From Pelagomonas calceolata (taxonomy: Eukaryota), in assembly GCA_918797485.1 (NCBI GenBank), contig CAKKNE010000003.1:434001-498000 (forward strand): 64,000 nucleotides of DNA, written 5' to 3'. Below the pieces are notes generated by a model. It had not been told where the DNA came from. It saw only the letters and a program-made list of their open reading frames with translations, and made no database searches. The translations under genes were made by a program, and so were the position numbers. Below, piece after piece: positions 1-10,188 of this stretch (within the stretch, counting starts at the first letter, position 1; every line of letters starts with the position of its first letter).

Positions 1-933
1 GATCATCGAGTCGTCGACGCCCCGCAGCACCCGCCCGAAGCCGGCCTCGCCCCAGTACTCGCCCCACGAGTTGCGGATCTCCCAGAACTCCGTGCCTTCA
101 TGTACGCCCCAGCCGACGACTTCGACCACATGATCCGTGTCGTTCGCGCCGCGGCCGTTCGGCGGGTTCGCCTCGGCAATACCAGAAGTGTAGGTGAGTA
201 GGGGCTCCGCGTCCAGGTTGCACGTCACGGGCCCGGCGCGCACGATTTCCCGTTGAATAGCTTCGGAGGCGGCCTTGGCGCCTACTTCATTCGACCCGGG
301 CAGCTTGCCGTGCTCTGCCACCACTATGCGCGGGTACGGCGACGTCGCGCAAACGCCGCCGTTGTCGCAGGCGTGCTCATCCGACGCATCGCCGGGCACG
401 GCCCAGCACGCGTGCTCTCCATCATGAGTAGGCATGCAGTTGCGGCAGATCGTGTCGCCACGACACCCGAGGCCGTCCTCGGCCTGGTAGGGGAAGCACG
501 TCGCCGAGGGGTAGCCGCCAAAATTCTTGGCCCACGCGTAGGCGGACGTCGCCGAGCCGCCCTCGTGGCAGTTGCCGGCCTTGCCCCAGCCAGAATCTTC
601 GCCGCCGCAGTTCAGCAGAACTTGCACGGCGACTAGTAGATCGGGCCCTGGATACGCGTCGTCCTTGACGCGCGCCCGAGCAATTTTTGTTCTATCTTGC
701 AACGCGTGCGCGGTCCCAAAGGCGAAGCAGGCGCCGCAGTATTTGGGCACGTGCTGGTTCCACGACGGCGCCAGGAGACCGTGGTCGCGCCACGAGAAGC
801 TTTTGGGGAGCTTTGTCGTTTTTGCGTCCGGTGGGGTCGTCGTGGCGGCCAAATCTTCGTGGGCGCGGACGTTCGCGAGGCGCGCTTGTGCCGTCGCGAG
901 GAGTGCGAGGAGCAGCATTTGGGTGGCGCGCAT
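1..933 (-). CDS. Cathepsin Z/X-like papain-family (C1A) cysteine protease; runs off the window start
   Basis: Hand translation from ATG 933: signal peptide MRATQMLLLALLA, LPKSFSWRD, NQHVPKYCGACFAF (cathepsin-X-type insertion before the catalytic Cys), DHVVEVVGWG and IRNSWGEYWGE. Absent from the ORF track because there is no stop in the window. Confidence 0.9.
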   Translation of the reverse strand, partial: MRATQMLLLALLATAQARLANVRAHEDLAATTTPPDAKTTKLPKSFSWRDHGLLAPSWNQHVPKYCGACFAFGTAHALQDRTKIARARVKDDAYPGPDLLVAVQVLLNCGGEDSGWGKAGNCHEGGSATSAYAWAKNFGGYPSATCFPYQAEDGLGCRGDTICRNCMPTHDGEHACWAVPGDASDEHACDNGGVCATSPYPRIVVAEHGKLPGSNEVGAKAASEAIQREIVRAGPVTCNLDAEPLLTYTSGIAEANPPNGRGANDTDHVVEVVGWGVHEGTEFWEIRNSWGEYWGEAGFGRVLRGVDDSMI

Positions 934-1074
934 GCTTCCTGGTGTATAGGTGCCTTGCAGCCTCGATTTCTGCAGCGAGCGCGGCGACGGCGTAAGCGTG
1001 GACGTATGCTTGCTTCACGTAGGCGCTGGTTGCGTCTCAGGGCCGGTCTCACTCCTTTTGTGCTAGCCACTAAA

Positions 1075-1098
1075 GCTAGCGGCCTTTAAAGACACTAG
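1075..1098 (+). promoter_or_regulatory. CTAG-N15-CTAG conserved intergenic motif
   Basis: GCTAGCGGCCTTTAAAGACACTAG between divergent starts 933(-) and 1159(+). Confidence 0.7.
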
Positions 1099-1158
1099 AA
1101 AGCTATCAATTAACTCAACCACGCGCGCGACCCTCATACCGCCCCAAACCAGACCAAA

Positions 1159-2277
1159 ATGATCCTCACAACATGCCCCGCCTGCGCCAAGCCACTGGCC
1201 CACGACGCGCCGCGTTGCGTTAGATGTAAGTTGAGGTACTGCAACAAAACTTGCCAGCACGACCACTGGCGCCGCGGCCACAAGCAAATGTGTAAGAAAA
1301 TACACCGCGGCGGCAACGCGGAACAGTATAATGCAGACAAAAAATACAAGGAGGCCGTCGCGGTCGCGGTCGAGGCGTGCGCGGCCGACACAAAGGGGCA
1401 GAAATGCTACATCTGCACGCAAGCCGTCCACTGGAAGACAAAGGAGGGCCTCGTGCGCGGGTGCGCGTGCCGCGGGACGGCGGGCTTCGCTCATGTGTCG
1501 TGCTTAGCGGAGCAGGCGAAGATTGTGGTCGCGGAGGCGGAGGAGAATAATTTGGATGGCGAGCGATGGTCTTCGAGGTGGAACCAGTGGTTTGCATGTA
1601 GCATGTGCAAGCAGAACTACCACGGCGTCGTGCGGTGTGCGCTCGGGTGGGCGTGCTGGAAGACGTACGTGGGGCGGCCGGAGGAAGACCGACTTCGGCG
1701 CTTGGCGATGGGCGTGCTTGGGACCGGTTTATCCCTTGCGAATCGCCCAGAGGAAGAATTGTCTGTGAAAGAGGCCGAGTTGGCTATGGTGCGGCGCCTT
1801 GGCGCATCAGAAGAAGAATTGCTCGCCACGCAGGGCAACCTTGCAAATACGTATGCATTTCTGGGACGGTTTGAGCAGGCCCTAGATATGAACCAAGAAT
1901 CTTACTTGGGATATTTGAAGCTCCATGGGGAGGAAAACGTATATACCCTCCGGGCGGCCAATAACCTTGCGGACGTTCTTTTATCTCTACAGCGCTTCGA
2001 AGAAGCCAGGTCATTGATGCGCAAAGCGACGCCGGTGGCGCGACGCGTTTTTGGACAGAGTCATGATGTCACGTTCACGATGAAGAAGATTCACGCTGAG
2101 GCGCTCTACCATGACCCCGGCGCGACGCATGACGATCTCCGCGAGGCCGTGACGATACTCGAGGAATTGGAACGTGCCGCGCGACGCGTCCTCGGAAGCT
2201 CGCATCCCCGCGTACGGGCGATTGAGAGGTCCCGGGCAAGATCGCGAGCCGTGCTCCGCGCCCGCGAGGACGCGTAA
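1159..2277 (+). CDS. MYND zinc finger + RINGv (C4HC3) + TPR-like repeat protein, putative E3 ligase, multicopy family
   Basis: CxxC..CxxC..YC..CQ..HW..H..C MYND pattern; CYIC..CAC..HVSC..CSMC RING-CH pattern; kinesin-light-chain-like TPRs; paralog at 24437. Confidence 0.85.
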   Translation: MILTTCPACAKPLAHDAPRCVRCKLRYCNKTCQHDHWRRGHKQMCKKIHRGGNAEQYNADKKYKEAVAVAVEACAADTKGQKCYICTQAVHWKTKEGLVRGCACRGTAGFAHVSCLAEQAKIVVAEAEENNLDGERWSSRWNQWFACSMCKQNYHGVVRCALGWACWKTYVGRPEEDRLRRLAMGVLGTGLSLANRPEEELSVKEAELAMVRRLGASEEELLATQGNLANTYAFLGRFEQALDMNQESYLGYLKLHGEENVYTLRAANNLADVLLSLQRFEEARSLMRKATPVARRVFGQSHDVTFTMKKIHAEALYHDPGATHDDLREAVTILEELERAARRVLGSSHPRVRAIERSRARSRAVLRAREDA

Positions 2278-2307
2278 AAGCAAGTAATTACCCACAAAAA
2301 AACAACA

Positions 2308-3237
2308 TCACACTTCTACCGCGGACCGGTGCACCGCCACCGCGCGCGGATCAGACGTCCTCACGCTCACCGCCGCGCAAAGCGCCCGCAGCTTCGCCCA
2401 AAGCTCCGCGACGCCGGCGCCCGTCGTGCCGCACGTCGCCACGACGTCGCACTGCGTATCATCTTCAACGAGGCGCGCGCACCGCGCGACGGCCCCCGGC
2501 CCCTTGAGTAAATCGCACTTCGACAGCGCCACGACGGTCGGCGCACTTGACAACACATCGAGCCAGCGTCTATCTTCAGTACTCACGCCGCGCGTCGCGT
2601 CGACCACGACGACGGCCGCCGCGAGCGTGGCCCGCGTCCTCGCATAATCCGCGCAAAGCGTCGTCCACTCCCTTCGCTCGCGCGCCGTCGCGACGGCGTG
2701 GGCCCCGTAGCCCGGCGCGTCCACCACATACAACAGGGGAGGCTTCGCGCCGACGCGGATCCACTCGAGGCCTGAAGTCCAGCCCGCGCGGTCGCTCGCG
2801 CTCGCCGGCGCGGCCTTCGACGCGGGCGCCGCGCCGACGAGCGCGTTGATCAGGGTCGATTTCCCCGCGTTCGCGGCGCCCACCAAAAGCACTTCGGGCA
2901 GCGCGTGCTTCAAGGGAGGCGGCGCGCCGCCGCAGCGCTGCGACCCGACGCGCGCCGCCTCGATCCCCTCGCGCCGGAAGACGCCGCGTTTTCCCGCTCG
3001 TCTCACGCCGAGGCCGGCCTTCTTGAACCGCTTCTCGTCATTTAGCTCCCGAGCCGCGTCCTCCGCCGTCTCCGGCGGCGACGCCTCTAACCTCTCTGCC
3101 CAGGCGGCGCGCTCGGCGAGCACGGACGCGTCGACGGAGTCCCGGCGTTCTCTCCGCGAGCGCGACACCGTAGTACTGCTCCTCCGCCGCACCGCTTGTA
3201 CATGCCGCAGCGATCTAGCGCAGCGGAGAGCAAGCAT
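2308..3237 (-). CDS. EngB/YihA/YsxC-family GTP-binding protein, probably organellar
   Basis: LPEVLLVGAANAGKSTLINAL (G1), VDAPGYG (G3), SKCD (G4); first ATG at 3237 followed by an Arg/Ser-rich leader. Confidence 0.85.
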   Translation of the reverse strand: MLALRCARSLRHVQAVRRRSSTTVSRSRRERRDSVDASVLAERAAWAERLEASPPETAEDAARELNDEKRFKKAGLGVRRAGKRGVFRREGIEAARVGSQRCGGAPPPLKHALPEVLLVGAANAGKSTLINALVGAAPASKAAPASASDRAGWTSGLEWIRVGAKPPLLYVVDAPGYGAHAVATARERREWTTLCADYARTRATLAAAVVVVDATRGVSTEDRRWLDVLSSAPTVVALSKCDLLKGPGAVARCARLVEDDTQCDVVATCGTTGAGVAELWAKLRALCAAVSVRTSDPRAVAVHRSAVEV

Positions 3238-3380
3238 GTCTACTGCATCACACAACTACGAGTTTAAACCAGCTGAGTTACCCGGGTCAGGCTCAGCGCT
3301 TAAAAAATGCACTGCGCTCGTGATATACGACGGCACAATGCTTCGTACGCCGAGCTTAGCGCTTTTAACAATGCCAGCTT

Positions 3381-3404
3381 GCTAGCGTCCTGTAGAGACA
3401 CTAG
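3381..3404 (+). promoter_or_regulatory. CTAG-N15-CTAG motif
   Basis: GCTAGCGTCCTGTAGAGACACTAG between divergent starts 3237(-) and 3623(+). Confidence 0.7.
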
Positions 3405-3622
3405 AAAGCCGACGCAAGCCGTTTTGCCGCACGCTGTGCTGATATACACGGTCTCAGAGGGTGTGACAGTGCGAGGAGGCGTTATTAGTGCTCATCATTC
3501 GACACCCGCAGCGAAACCGACGCGACAAGCGGTCTAGCAGCCGGACCCAAAAATCCAGCAGCTAAGCCGCAGCCCGCAGCTAAGCCGTGAGCTAAGCCGC
3601 AAGATTAAAAGGACAGCAAGCC

Positions 3623-4471
3623 ATGTCAGCCGTCGAGGACCGACTACCAGCCGTGGCCGACGAGGCCGCCGCGCCGAGCAACGACGCCGCCTGCGCCGAG
3701 GCCCTAGCCGCTCTGGAAGCGGAGCTCGCCGCGCAGGACGAGCAATTCCAGCTGCTGGCGTCGACGATGAAACTGACCGCCGAGTCCCTGGACGAGCTGT
3801 ACGCCGAGGCCGAGAAGGAAGGCGACGTCGATGTCCGGCGCATCGTCGAAACTGTCGAAAGGGTCGAGAAGGACTTTACGAGGAGTGCGGACGCGGCAAA
3901 AAGGGGAGAGGCGCGCGTCGACGCGCTCGTGGACAAGGCCATCGGAAAGGTCACGCCAACAGAGGTCGAGCCGCTGCCGCTGCCGCCCGTCTCGCCGAAA
4001 ACGCCGACCCGCTCACCTATGCGGAGCGTCTCGTCTTTATCAGACGACGCCGTCGTGGCCTCGGAGCCCAATGCGGAGCCCGAGGAGGAGAGTTTTGAGC
4101 TAACTTTCCCGGCGGGGCCGCTCGGGCTAGGCGTGTCCGTGATGAGGGATAGAAAGAGTGGGAAGGCGCACGTGATTGTCGATAGTGTGCTGGAGAGCTG
4201 CCCGCACTCAAAAACTTTGGAAAAGATGGACGAGATCACGTCGATTGCAGGTGCTGCGTTACTACCTGCACAACCAGGCGACGACCCGAAGCTCCATCTC
4301 GACGCCGCGCTCGACTTGATTCGAAGAGCTCCGCGGCCGTTGGCCCTGGGCTTCCACCGTTATATCGGGAGGTACCAGCAGGCGGACCTGTCGACGCCCG
4401 CACCGCCGCGGGATTTGCCGTGCTTGCCGAGCCTGCCGCCGATCCTGTCTTCCTTCGGTGGAAGCGAGTAA
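3623..4471 (+). CDS. Coiled-coil protein with C-terminal PDZ-like domain
   Basis: 282-aa ORF; FPAGPLGLGV ... DEITSIAG ... LIRRAPRPLALGF resembles a PDZ fold. Confidence 0.6.
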   Translation: MSAVEDRLPAVADEAAAPSNDAACAEALAALEAELAAQDEQFQLLASTMKLTAESLDELYAEAEKEGDVDVRRIVETVERVEKDFTRSADAAKRGEARVDALVDKAIGKVTPTEVEPLPLPPVSPKTPTRSPMRSVSSLSDDAVVASEPNAEPEEESFELTFPAGPLGLGVSVMRDRKSGKAHVIVDSVLESCPHSKTLEKMDEITSIAGAALLPAQPGDDPKLHLDAALDLIRRAPRPLALGFHRYIGRYQQADLSTPAPPRDLPCLPSLPPILSSFGGSE

Positions 4472-4539
4472 CTGTAAACATTAACACTATCACGGGAAGG
4501 GTCGCGTCGATGGCGTGGCGAGGCGCGCCCGCACGACGC

Positions 4540-4851
4540 CTAGTCGCCCCGGGGCTTCGCCGTCTTCAGCGTGAAGCCGTGCATCTCGGCGATCTCGGCC
4601 TTGAGGACGCCCTGGACGAGCTTGTGCTGCTTGACCACGCCCAAACCAACGAAGCGCGGCGACTCAACGTAGGCCTTGTACATGGCGCCGCAGCCGCCGG
4701 AGACGTCCTCGACGGTCACATTGACGGCGTCAAGCTCATCTCGGAGCTTGGCCTCCATCGCTTCGGAGGGCGTCGAGAGCAAGCGGACGCGCGGCGGCGC
4801 CGTCCGGCGGAGGAGCGCGCCGGCATTACGGCTCACGGCTAGGCGCAGCAT
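4540..4851 (-). CDS. BolA-family protein (BolA3-like, probably mitochondrial)
   Basis: VEDVSGGCGAMY..VESPRFVGLGVVKQHKLV..LKAEIAEMHG; ATG at 4851 with a basic leader. Confidence 0.92.
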   Translation of the reverse strand: MLRLAVSRNAGALLRRTAPPRVRLLSTPSEAMEAKLRDELDAVNVTVEDVSGGCGAMYKAYVESPRFVGLGVVKQHKLVQGVLKAEIAEMHGFTLKTAKPRGD

Positions 4852-4996
4852 CGTAGCGTAGCGCTGTAGCACGTCGAGAGCAGCCCAATCAGTGCTCCCG
4901 TATCGGTGGATTGCAGCGATGGGGCGCTGGTGCAGCAGGAGTACAGCACCGGCGCGAAGTATGAGGCGCGTTTGCTGCACCACAAAAGCGAAGCTC

Positions 4997-5019
4997 GCTA
5001 GCGTCGTAGAGGCTCTAGC
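4997..5019 (+). promoter_or_regulatory. CTAG-N13-CTAG motif
   Basis: GCTAGCGTCGTAGAGGCTCTAGC between divergent starts 4851(-) and 5216(+). Confidence 0.6.
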
Positions 5020-5215
5020 TCGCACCGTCGACGGCCGCCTTGTCTGGCTTATTTGCTGCTGCGCAAGGCGCACGAGTGGCCGCTGGGCCGTTTGATAGGT
5101 CTCGCAGCGACGGCGGACGGGTAGCGCGCGCGAGCCGGGCGTGCACCGCCCCGGGACCGCCGAAACGATCGTTCGCGCTGCACACTAACGAGCGCGCGCC
5201 GAAGCGCAATAAACG

Positions 5216-6757
5216 ATGGCCGAGCCCGAGGTGATAAATCTCGAGCACTCGGACGAGGAGGAGGCGCCCGCCACGACGCCGAGGACGGGCCGGGATGTCA
5301 TCGCCATCGACGACGACAGCCAGCTCGAGGACAGCCCGGGCGTCGAGATCATCGACGTCGACGCGCCGACCCCACCAAGCCCAAGAGGCCAGAAACGCAA
5401 AAAGGACGACAAGGCCGCGCCGGCGATGCGGTCCGGCGCCCGCCCCGCGGCCTCCTTGAACGACGTCGACCAGACCTTCGCTTTGAACGGCGAGCAGGCG
5501 ACGAGCGCCGTCCGATCTGTCATAGACGCGTCCGCCGACGCCGTCAATAGCTTCCGCGCGTCACGCTCATCAAAGGAGACGCTCTGGGCGCTGCTCGACG
5601 GCGCGCGGCAAGCGAAAATTGGCCCAGTGCGCCCGGAGGTCGAGGCAACTTTTGCAAATAAGCTCCCGCGCGCCCTCGTCGCGACGAGCGGCGAGCGCGT
5701 CTCTTCCTATTCCGCTTTGCTGTATGCCCGTCGAAGACTCGCAGCTCTGGAGGACAAGGCGGCCCACGACGCCTGGTGCGACAACATTGAAAGCGTAGAT
5801 GAGGGCGAGACCTGCGCCGTCTGCATGGATACGTTTCGCGAGACGGATGGCGTGCGGTGTTCGAAGGGCGATCATTTCATGTGTCGCGCGTGTTTTAGGA
5901 GGTATTGTGTCGACGTGGCCTGCGACCGAGGAAGTGGACCGTCGGCCGTGGAGTGCGTCGCGCCGAAGTGCGGCTCCGTCTATGCTACACGTTCGGTAAG
6001 AGACTGCGTGTCGGCGGCGGACGTCATGGTCATGGAAGAGCGCGAGCGCGATAAAAGTTTAAGGCAGGTCCTGGGCGGCGCCGCCGCGGTCCTAAGGTGC
6101 CCCTGCGGCACGGTCGGCGCCGTCAGTCACGAAGATGTGGGCGATGGTAGGGTGGCGTGCCCCGGCTGCCAGACGGCCTATTGTGTGCGGTGCGGCATGG
6201 CCGCCCACGAGGGGCCCTGCAAGGACGGAGAAGGCGGTGTGCTCTCGTGGCTCGCAGAAAAGAAAGGAGACGTCAAGCAGTGCCCGAAGTGCGGCGAGGC
6301 CATCGAGAAGGACGCCGGCTGTAATCACATGAAGTGCGCGTGCGGCCACGACTTCTGCTGGCTTTGTTTAGGTCCCTTTCCGAACTGCAAGTGCGGGCAT
6401 TTTGAAGAGGAGAGCCGTCGCGAGGCGGCGCGGTTGCAGCAGCAAGATAGAAGGAGGGACCGATACGGTGGAGGCTACGTCTACGATCCCTACGGGCCTT
6501 TTGGGGGCGGGCCTCCCGGCGGCGACTCGGATAGAGCATTGGCTAGAGCCATGGAGCTCGCGGAGCGCATGCAGCGGCCGCGGCGGGGCGGGCGCGGGCG
6601 CGGTGGGCGCCGGCGGCGGTCTGGCTTCGACGACGGCGACATGGCGCGGGCGATGGCCGCGTCGATGGGCCAGGCGCCGCCCCCCTCATTTCAGGGGGAC
6701 GGGCACCGGCTCGGGAGCGGCGGGCCGCCGACGCGGTCCAAGAAGAAGCGCCGATGA
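5216..6757 (+). CDS. RBR-type (RING1-IBR-RING2) E3 ubiquitin ligase
   Basis: CAVC..C..H..CRAC RING1, IBR cysteines, KQCPKCGEAIEKDAGCNHMKCACGHDFCWLC RING2 with catalytic Cys. Confidence 0.92.
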   Translation: MAEPEVINLEHSDEEEAPATTPRTGRDVIAIDDDSQLEDSPGVEIIDVDAPTPPSPRGQKRKKDDKAAPAMRSGARPAASLNDVDQTFALNGEQATSAVRSVIDASADAVNSFRASRSSKETLWALLDGARQAKIGPVRPEVEATFANKLPRALVATSGERVSSYSALLYARRRLAALEDKAAHDAWCDNIESVDEGETCAVCMDTFRETDGVRCSKGDHFMCRACFRRYCVDVACDRGSGPSAVECVAPKCGSVYATRSVRDCVSAADVMVMEERERDKSLRQVLGGAAAVLRCPCGTVGAVSHEDVGDGRVACPGCQTAYCVRCGMAAHEGPCKDGEGGVLSWLAEKKGDVKQCPKCGEAIEKDAGCNHMKCACGHDFCWLCLGPFPNCKCGHFEEESRREAARLQQQDRRRDRYGGGYVYDPYGPFGGGPPGGDSDRALARAMELAERMQRPRRGGRGRGGRRRRSGFDDGDMARAMAASMGQAPPPSFQGDGHRLGSGGPPTRSKKKRR

Positions 6758-6902
6758 GCGGCGCGGGAATCGCCACCCCCCCGCCGTCGACGTGGTCTCT
6801 CACGCTGAGGTGTAAGTGTTAGTTAATGAACCAAAATATTACACGGCGCAAGCCGTCGACGCGTGAACAAAGCAGCGTCTCGACGCCATCGACGCGGCGC
6901 CC

Positions 6903-7919
6903 TCAGACCATCTCCACCTCCCCGAGATCGACGTCGACGAAGCCGGGATCCGCACTCATCTGCTTTTCGGGCTTCGACGGCCGCCGCTCATGTGGAGGTG
7001 GCGCCCGCGACCCGCCGCAGCACCGCGCCATGATGTACGACTGGAGGCCCCCGGACACGCAGAAGACCGCGTGCATCCATCCTTGTGAGGCGAGTGGGAT
7101 AGCCTGCAGGTAGTACAGCGCAGCCACGTCGTCCCCAGGGTTCACCCAGTTGTGTATTCTGTTTATAGTGCCGACGCCGCGCGCTATCAATATAATCAGC
7201 GGGAACGCGAAGAGCCGCTGCGCCGAGGCGAGGGATCGTCGGCCCGCGTCCACCGCGGCCTTCCGCGAGTCCTCCATCGTCGACAGCTCCTCGACCTCGT
7301 CGAACAAGGCCATGGACCGTCGCACTACCACTCGTACCTTCGTAAAGGCCCAGATCTGGAACGCTATACTAGCCCAGATCCCGAGGTAAACGGTACCGAA
7401 CCGCATGACCGTGGCGGCCTGGGGCGCACCTAAAGACGTGTCGATCCAGCACCAGGGGCCCGCCGGGCCATAGACACCTAGAATAGCCGGCAGGATTGTT
7501 CCAATCAGAGAAACGCCCCAGACGAGGCCGTGGTACGGCAACCGTCGCCGAGCTAAAGCTGCCCTATCATCCTGAAAGACGAGTAGGCGTACTAAAACAT
7601 CAGCGACCACAGCAGACCACAGCATCGACGCCAGCGTGAAGAACTGGCCGCCGACGGCCTGCGCGTAGCACGCGGCCGAACCCGGTCGAGGCGCCACGAT
7701 GAGGTATTGGGCACAGAATCCTAAATCAGTAGCTAAGATCAAAATGATGACCTCCTGCACCATCTCCCAGGACTTGCGCTTGCGCCACGCCAGAGCCGAC
7801 GCGAGGGCGCACGCTGTCACGGATAAAGTGGCGAGCGCGCAGGACGTGGCCGCGATGTTTCTTACTTCACTGGCATTCAAGTTGCTGTGGCGCGCTAGGG
7901 CGTGGGCGGAGGAGACCAT
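6903..7919 (-). CDS. 7-TM GPCR, cAMP-receptor/GCR1-like family
   Basis: About seven hydrophobic segments; CYAQA..QFF.LAS..W, YGPAGPWCWI, SQGWMHA. Confidence 0.85.
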   Translation of the reverse strand: MVSSAHALARHSNLNASEVRNIAATSCALATLSVTACALASALAWRKRKSWEMVQEVIILILATDLGFCAQYLIVAPRPGSAACYAQAVGGQFFTLASMLWSAVVADVLVRLLVFQDDRAALARRRLPYHGLVWGVSLIGTILPAILGVYGPAGPWCWIDTSLGAPQAATVMRFGTVYLGIWASIAFQIWAFTKVRVVVRRSMALFDEVEELSTMEDSRKAAVDAGRRSLASAQRLFAFPLIILIARGVGTINRIHNWVNPGDDVAALYYLQAIPLASQGWMHAVFCVSGGLQSYIMARCCGGSRAPPPHERRPSKPEKQMSADPGFVDVDLGEVEMV

Positions 7920-8141
7920 TGTTGCTGCTCTCTGGTTTCAGCAGCTATCGCGTCGGTGGCGCGGAGCTCAAACGTCTCCCTGGCAGCTATGTGCCAGTCT
8001 GCCCGCCCACGCTTTCTAAGGAGCTTGGGTGCGACTGCAGCGCAACAGTGGGATAACGAGCGATGCTTGGCACTTGTTGTGTGGTCTCAGTATCGCGTAC
8101 AAACGCCTACAACCAAAGCTACAAATCAAGCAATATTCCTT

Positions 8142-8165
8142 GCTAGTGTGTTACATGCCGCTAGC
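8142..8165 (-). promoter_or_regulatory. CTAG-N14-CTAG motif
   Basis: Reverse complement GCTAGCGGCATGTAACACACTAGC between 7919(-) and 8373(+). Confidence 0.7.
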
Positions 8166-8372
8166 TCACGCTTCGCTTTAGACGCTGTGTTCAGCTTACG
8201 CGTGCTTGTAGCCAACGTGGTGGTGTAAAGGCTCGATAAAATTTGCTGCCTCGGCCGCGCGCGCAATTCCTTGCAGCTCTTACAGCTCCTTACAGCCTCA
8301 CTGGTTGGGAGGCTCTCACAGCCTCTGACTGGCTCGAGGCTCTCGAGCTCTACTGATCGAAAAGCGTCCAAA

Positions 8373-9164
8373 ATGGCACGCCTCGTAGTCGCAGCCACCA
8401 CCCTGACGCTGGCGCGGGGACTCCAGCAGCCGCACGCGTTGCGCACGCTCAGCCGCCTCCGGTCCGCCGCGAAGGACGCGCTCGAGCAGCACACGGAGCG
8501 GGTCCAGACGGGCGCGGGTCCCGGCGCGCCGTCGCCGGAGCGCGCAGCCCATAACAAACGGCAGCAGGAGGTCTTTGACTCCGCGGCCGAGTTTTTCGCG
8601 TCGCCCGAGGCGTCACCTCCAGAAGTCGAGGCGACGCTCGACGCGCTCGCAAAGCGCATCTGCGAGCCGTCCAGGCCAGAAGCAGCCTTCCGCGTGCTGG
8701 ACGTGGGATCGGGCACTGGATGTCTCTCGCGGCGCTACGCGGCGGCTGCGGCCGGTGGAGCTGATGTGACGGGCGTGGACCTGTCGCCGGAGATGGTCAA
8801 GGCCGCGCGAGCGAAGGGCGGCAACCCGACTTACGTCGTGGCCGACGTCGTCGACTACGCGGCGGGGTATGAAGGCGATCTGTACGACGCCGTCGTATTC
8901 AATGCCTGCTTCGGGAACATCTTCGACCGGAGCGCGGCGCTGCGAGCAGCCGCGAAGGTACTGGCGCCGGGCGGCCGAGCTTTAATAACGCATCCTCTCG
9001 GCGCGGCGTTCGTGGACGAGCTCCACGAGCGCGACGCGAGCGTCGTGCCGGCGGGGCTCCCCCGCACGCTGCTGGACATGGAGGAGCTCGTTTCTGAAGC
9101 ACCACTGACGCCGGCGTTCGTCGAGGACGCCGTGCCCTACTTCTCCGAGTTCGTTAGGGATTAA
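8373..9164 (+). CDS. Class I SAM-dependent methyltransferase with N-terminal targeting leader
   Basis: RVLDVGSGTG, VTGVDLSPEM, YDAVVFN, LAPGGR; first ATG at 8373. Confidence 0.88.
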   Translation: MARLVVAATTLTLARGLQQPHALRTLSRLRSAAKDALEQHTERVQTGAGPGAPSPERAAHNKRQQEVFDSAAEFFASPEASPPEVEATLDALAKRICEPSRPEAAFRVLDVGSGTGCLSRRYAAAAAGGADVTGVDLSPEMVKAARAKGGNPTYVVADVVDYAAGYEGDLYDAVVFNACFGNIFDRSAALRAAAKVLAPGGRALITHPLGAAFVDELHERDASVVPAGLPRTLLDMEELVSEAPLTPAFVEDAVPYFSEFVRD

Positions 9165-9220
9165 AACAACCAAGTTTAGTTTGAATTTTCTCGTCGACGC
9201 CGTCGGGGCGGGAACGAAGC

Positions 9221-9859
9221 TCACACGTAGGGCGACTGGTCCACGACGCCCGAGTCCTCCCTCAACATAAACCACTGCGTCGCGCTCGGCGGCGCGGGCC
9301 GGCTGACCGCCTTCAGGAAGCCCTCCTCGATATAGTTCAAACCAACGTCGGCAAGCGCGCTCTTGGCCGTCTCGCAGTCGGCGCCGATCTGCGCCTTAAG
9401 CGCGTCGAGGCCGTCGAATTTCATCTCCGGCCGGATGAAGGCGACCATCAGCAGCGCGAGCGCGTCCCCATACAAGTCCGAGCCGTCGTGGTCCAACAGA
9501 TGCGCCTCGACGAGCTTCACGGGCTGCTCCTGGCCCTCGAATGTCGGCGCGACGCCCACGTTCACGACGGCCCGCAGCGGCTCCGTGGTCTTCGCCGTCT
9601 GGTAGAACGCGGCGTAGACGCCTTTTTCCAAGTCGCCGAGGACGTCCCCAATCACATCCGAGTCCAGGTTCGCCGTCGCGAAGCCGAGCTTCTTCCCTCC
9701 GCGGCCGTAGCCCTTCGCGACCGGGCCGCGCACGGCGAATCGGCGCTCGCACTGCTGCCAGTCACCTCCTGCGTGCAGGCGCGTCGGCGGGCGTGTGATT
9801 TGCGTCGGCGGGCGCAGCGCTGTCGCGCAGACGAGCACTGATGAGAGCCTGGTGATCAT
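9221..9859 (-). CDS. RFK: Riboflavin kinase (monofunctional, with targeting leader)
   Basis: GYGRGGKKLGFATANL, GVY, NVGVAPTF, VEAHLL, DLYG, FIRPEMKF. Confidence 0.92.
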   Translation of the reverse strand: MITRLSSVLVCATALRPPTQITRPPTRLHAGGDWQQCERRFAVRGPVAKGYGRGGKKLGFATANLDSDVIGDVLGDLEKGVYAAFYQTAKTTEPLRAVVNVGVAPTFEGQEQPVKLVEAHLLDHDGSDLYGDALALLMVAFIRPEMKFDGLDALKAQIGADCETAKSALADVGLNYIEEGFLKAVSRPAPPSATQWFMLREDSGVVDQSPYV

Positions 9860-10188
9860 GCTTTATTGCTTCGTGCGTGTGTCGCGTGTCGGATCCTGTT
9901 CCTGTGGAATCTTCTTAAGGTCTAGGAATTCTACCTTTTCAACGATAATACCTTCTTGCCTGGCTGTTTAGCTTGATGCTCTCGTCAATAATCATCTAGC
10001 AGCATAGCGTGACAGGCACTAGCAAGCACTACCAAAACTCAAGCGCCGCCGTACACCGCCGCTGGGCAGGTTGAGAGCCGCTTCGCGCGCCGGTTTACCC
10101 CAGCCATAGTACAGAAGCCAGAGGAAGCGCAAACGCCGCTGAAAGAGAGTTACAAGAGGCAGAGACACTGCTCCTGCCCGCAAAGAAG

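Noticed and set aside
253..1089. Several overlapping ORFs in the supplied track
   Set aside because: Shadow frames of the minus-strand cathepsin gene. The same applies to most short Arg/Ala/Pro-rich ORFs in this GC-rich window.
3558..3600. Three GCTAAGCCG units in a 5' leader
   Set aside because: Too short and local to assign a function.
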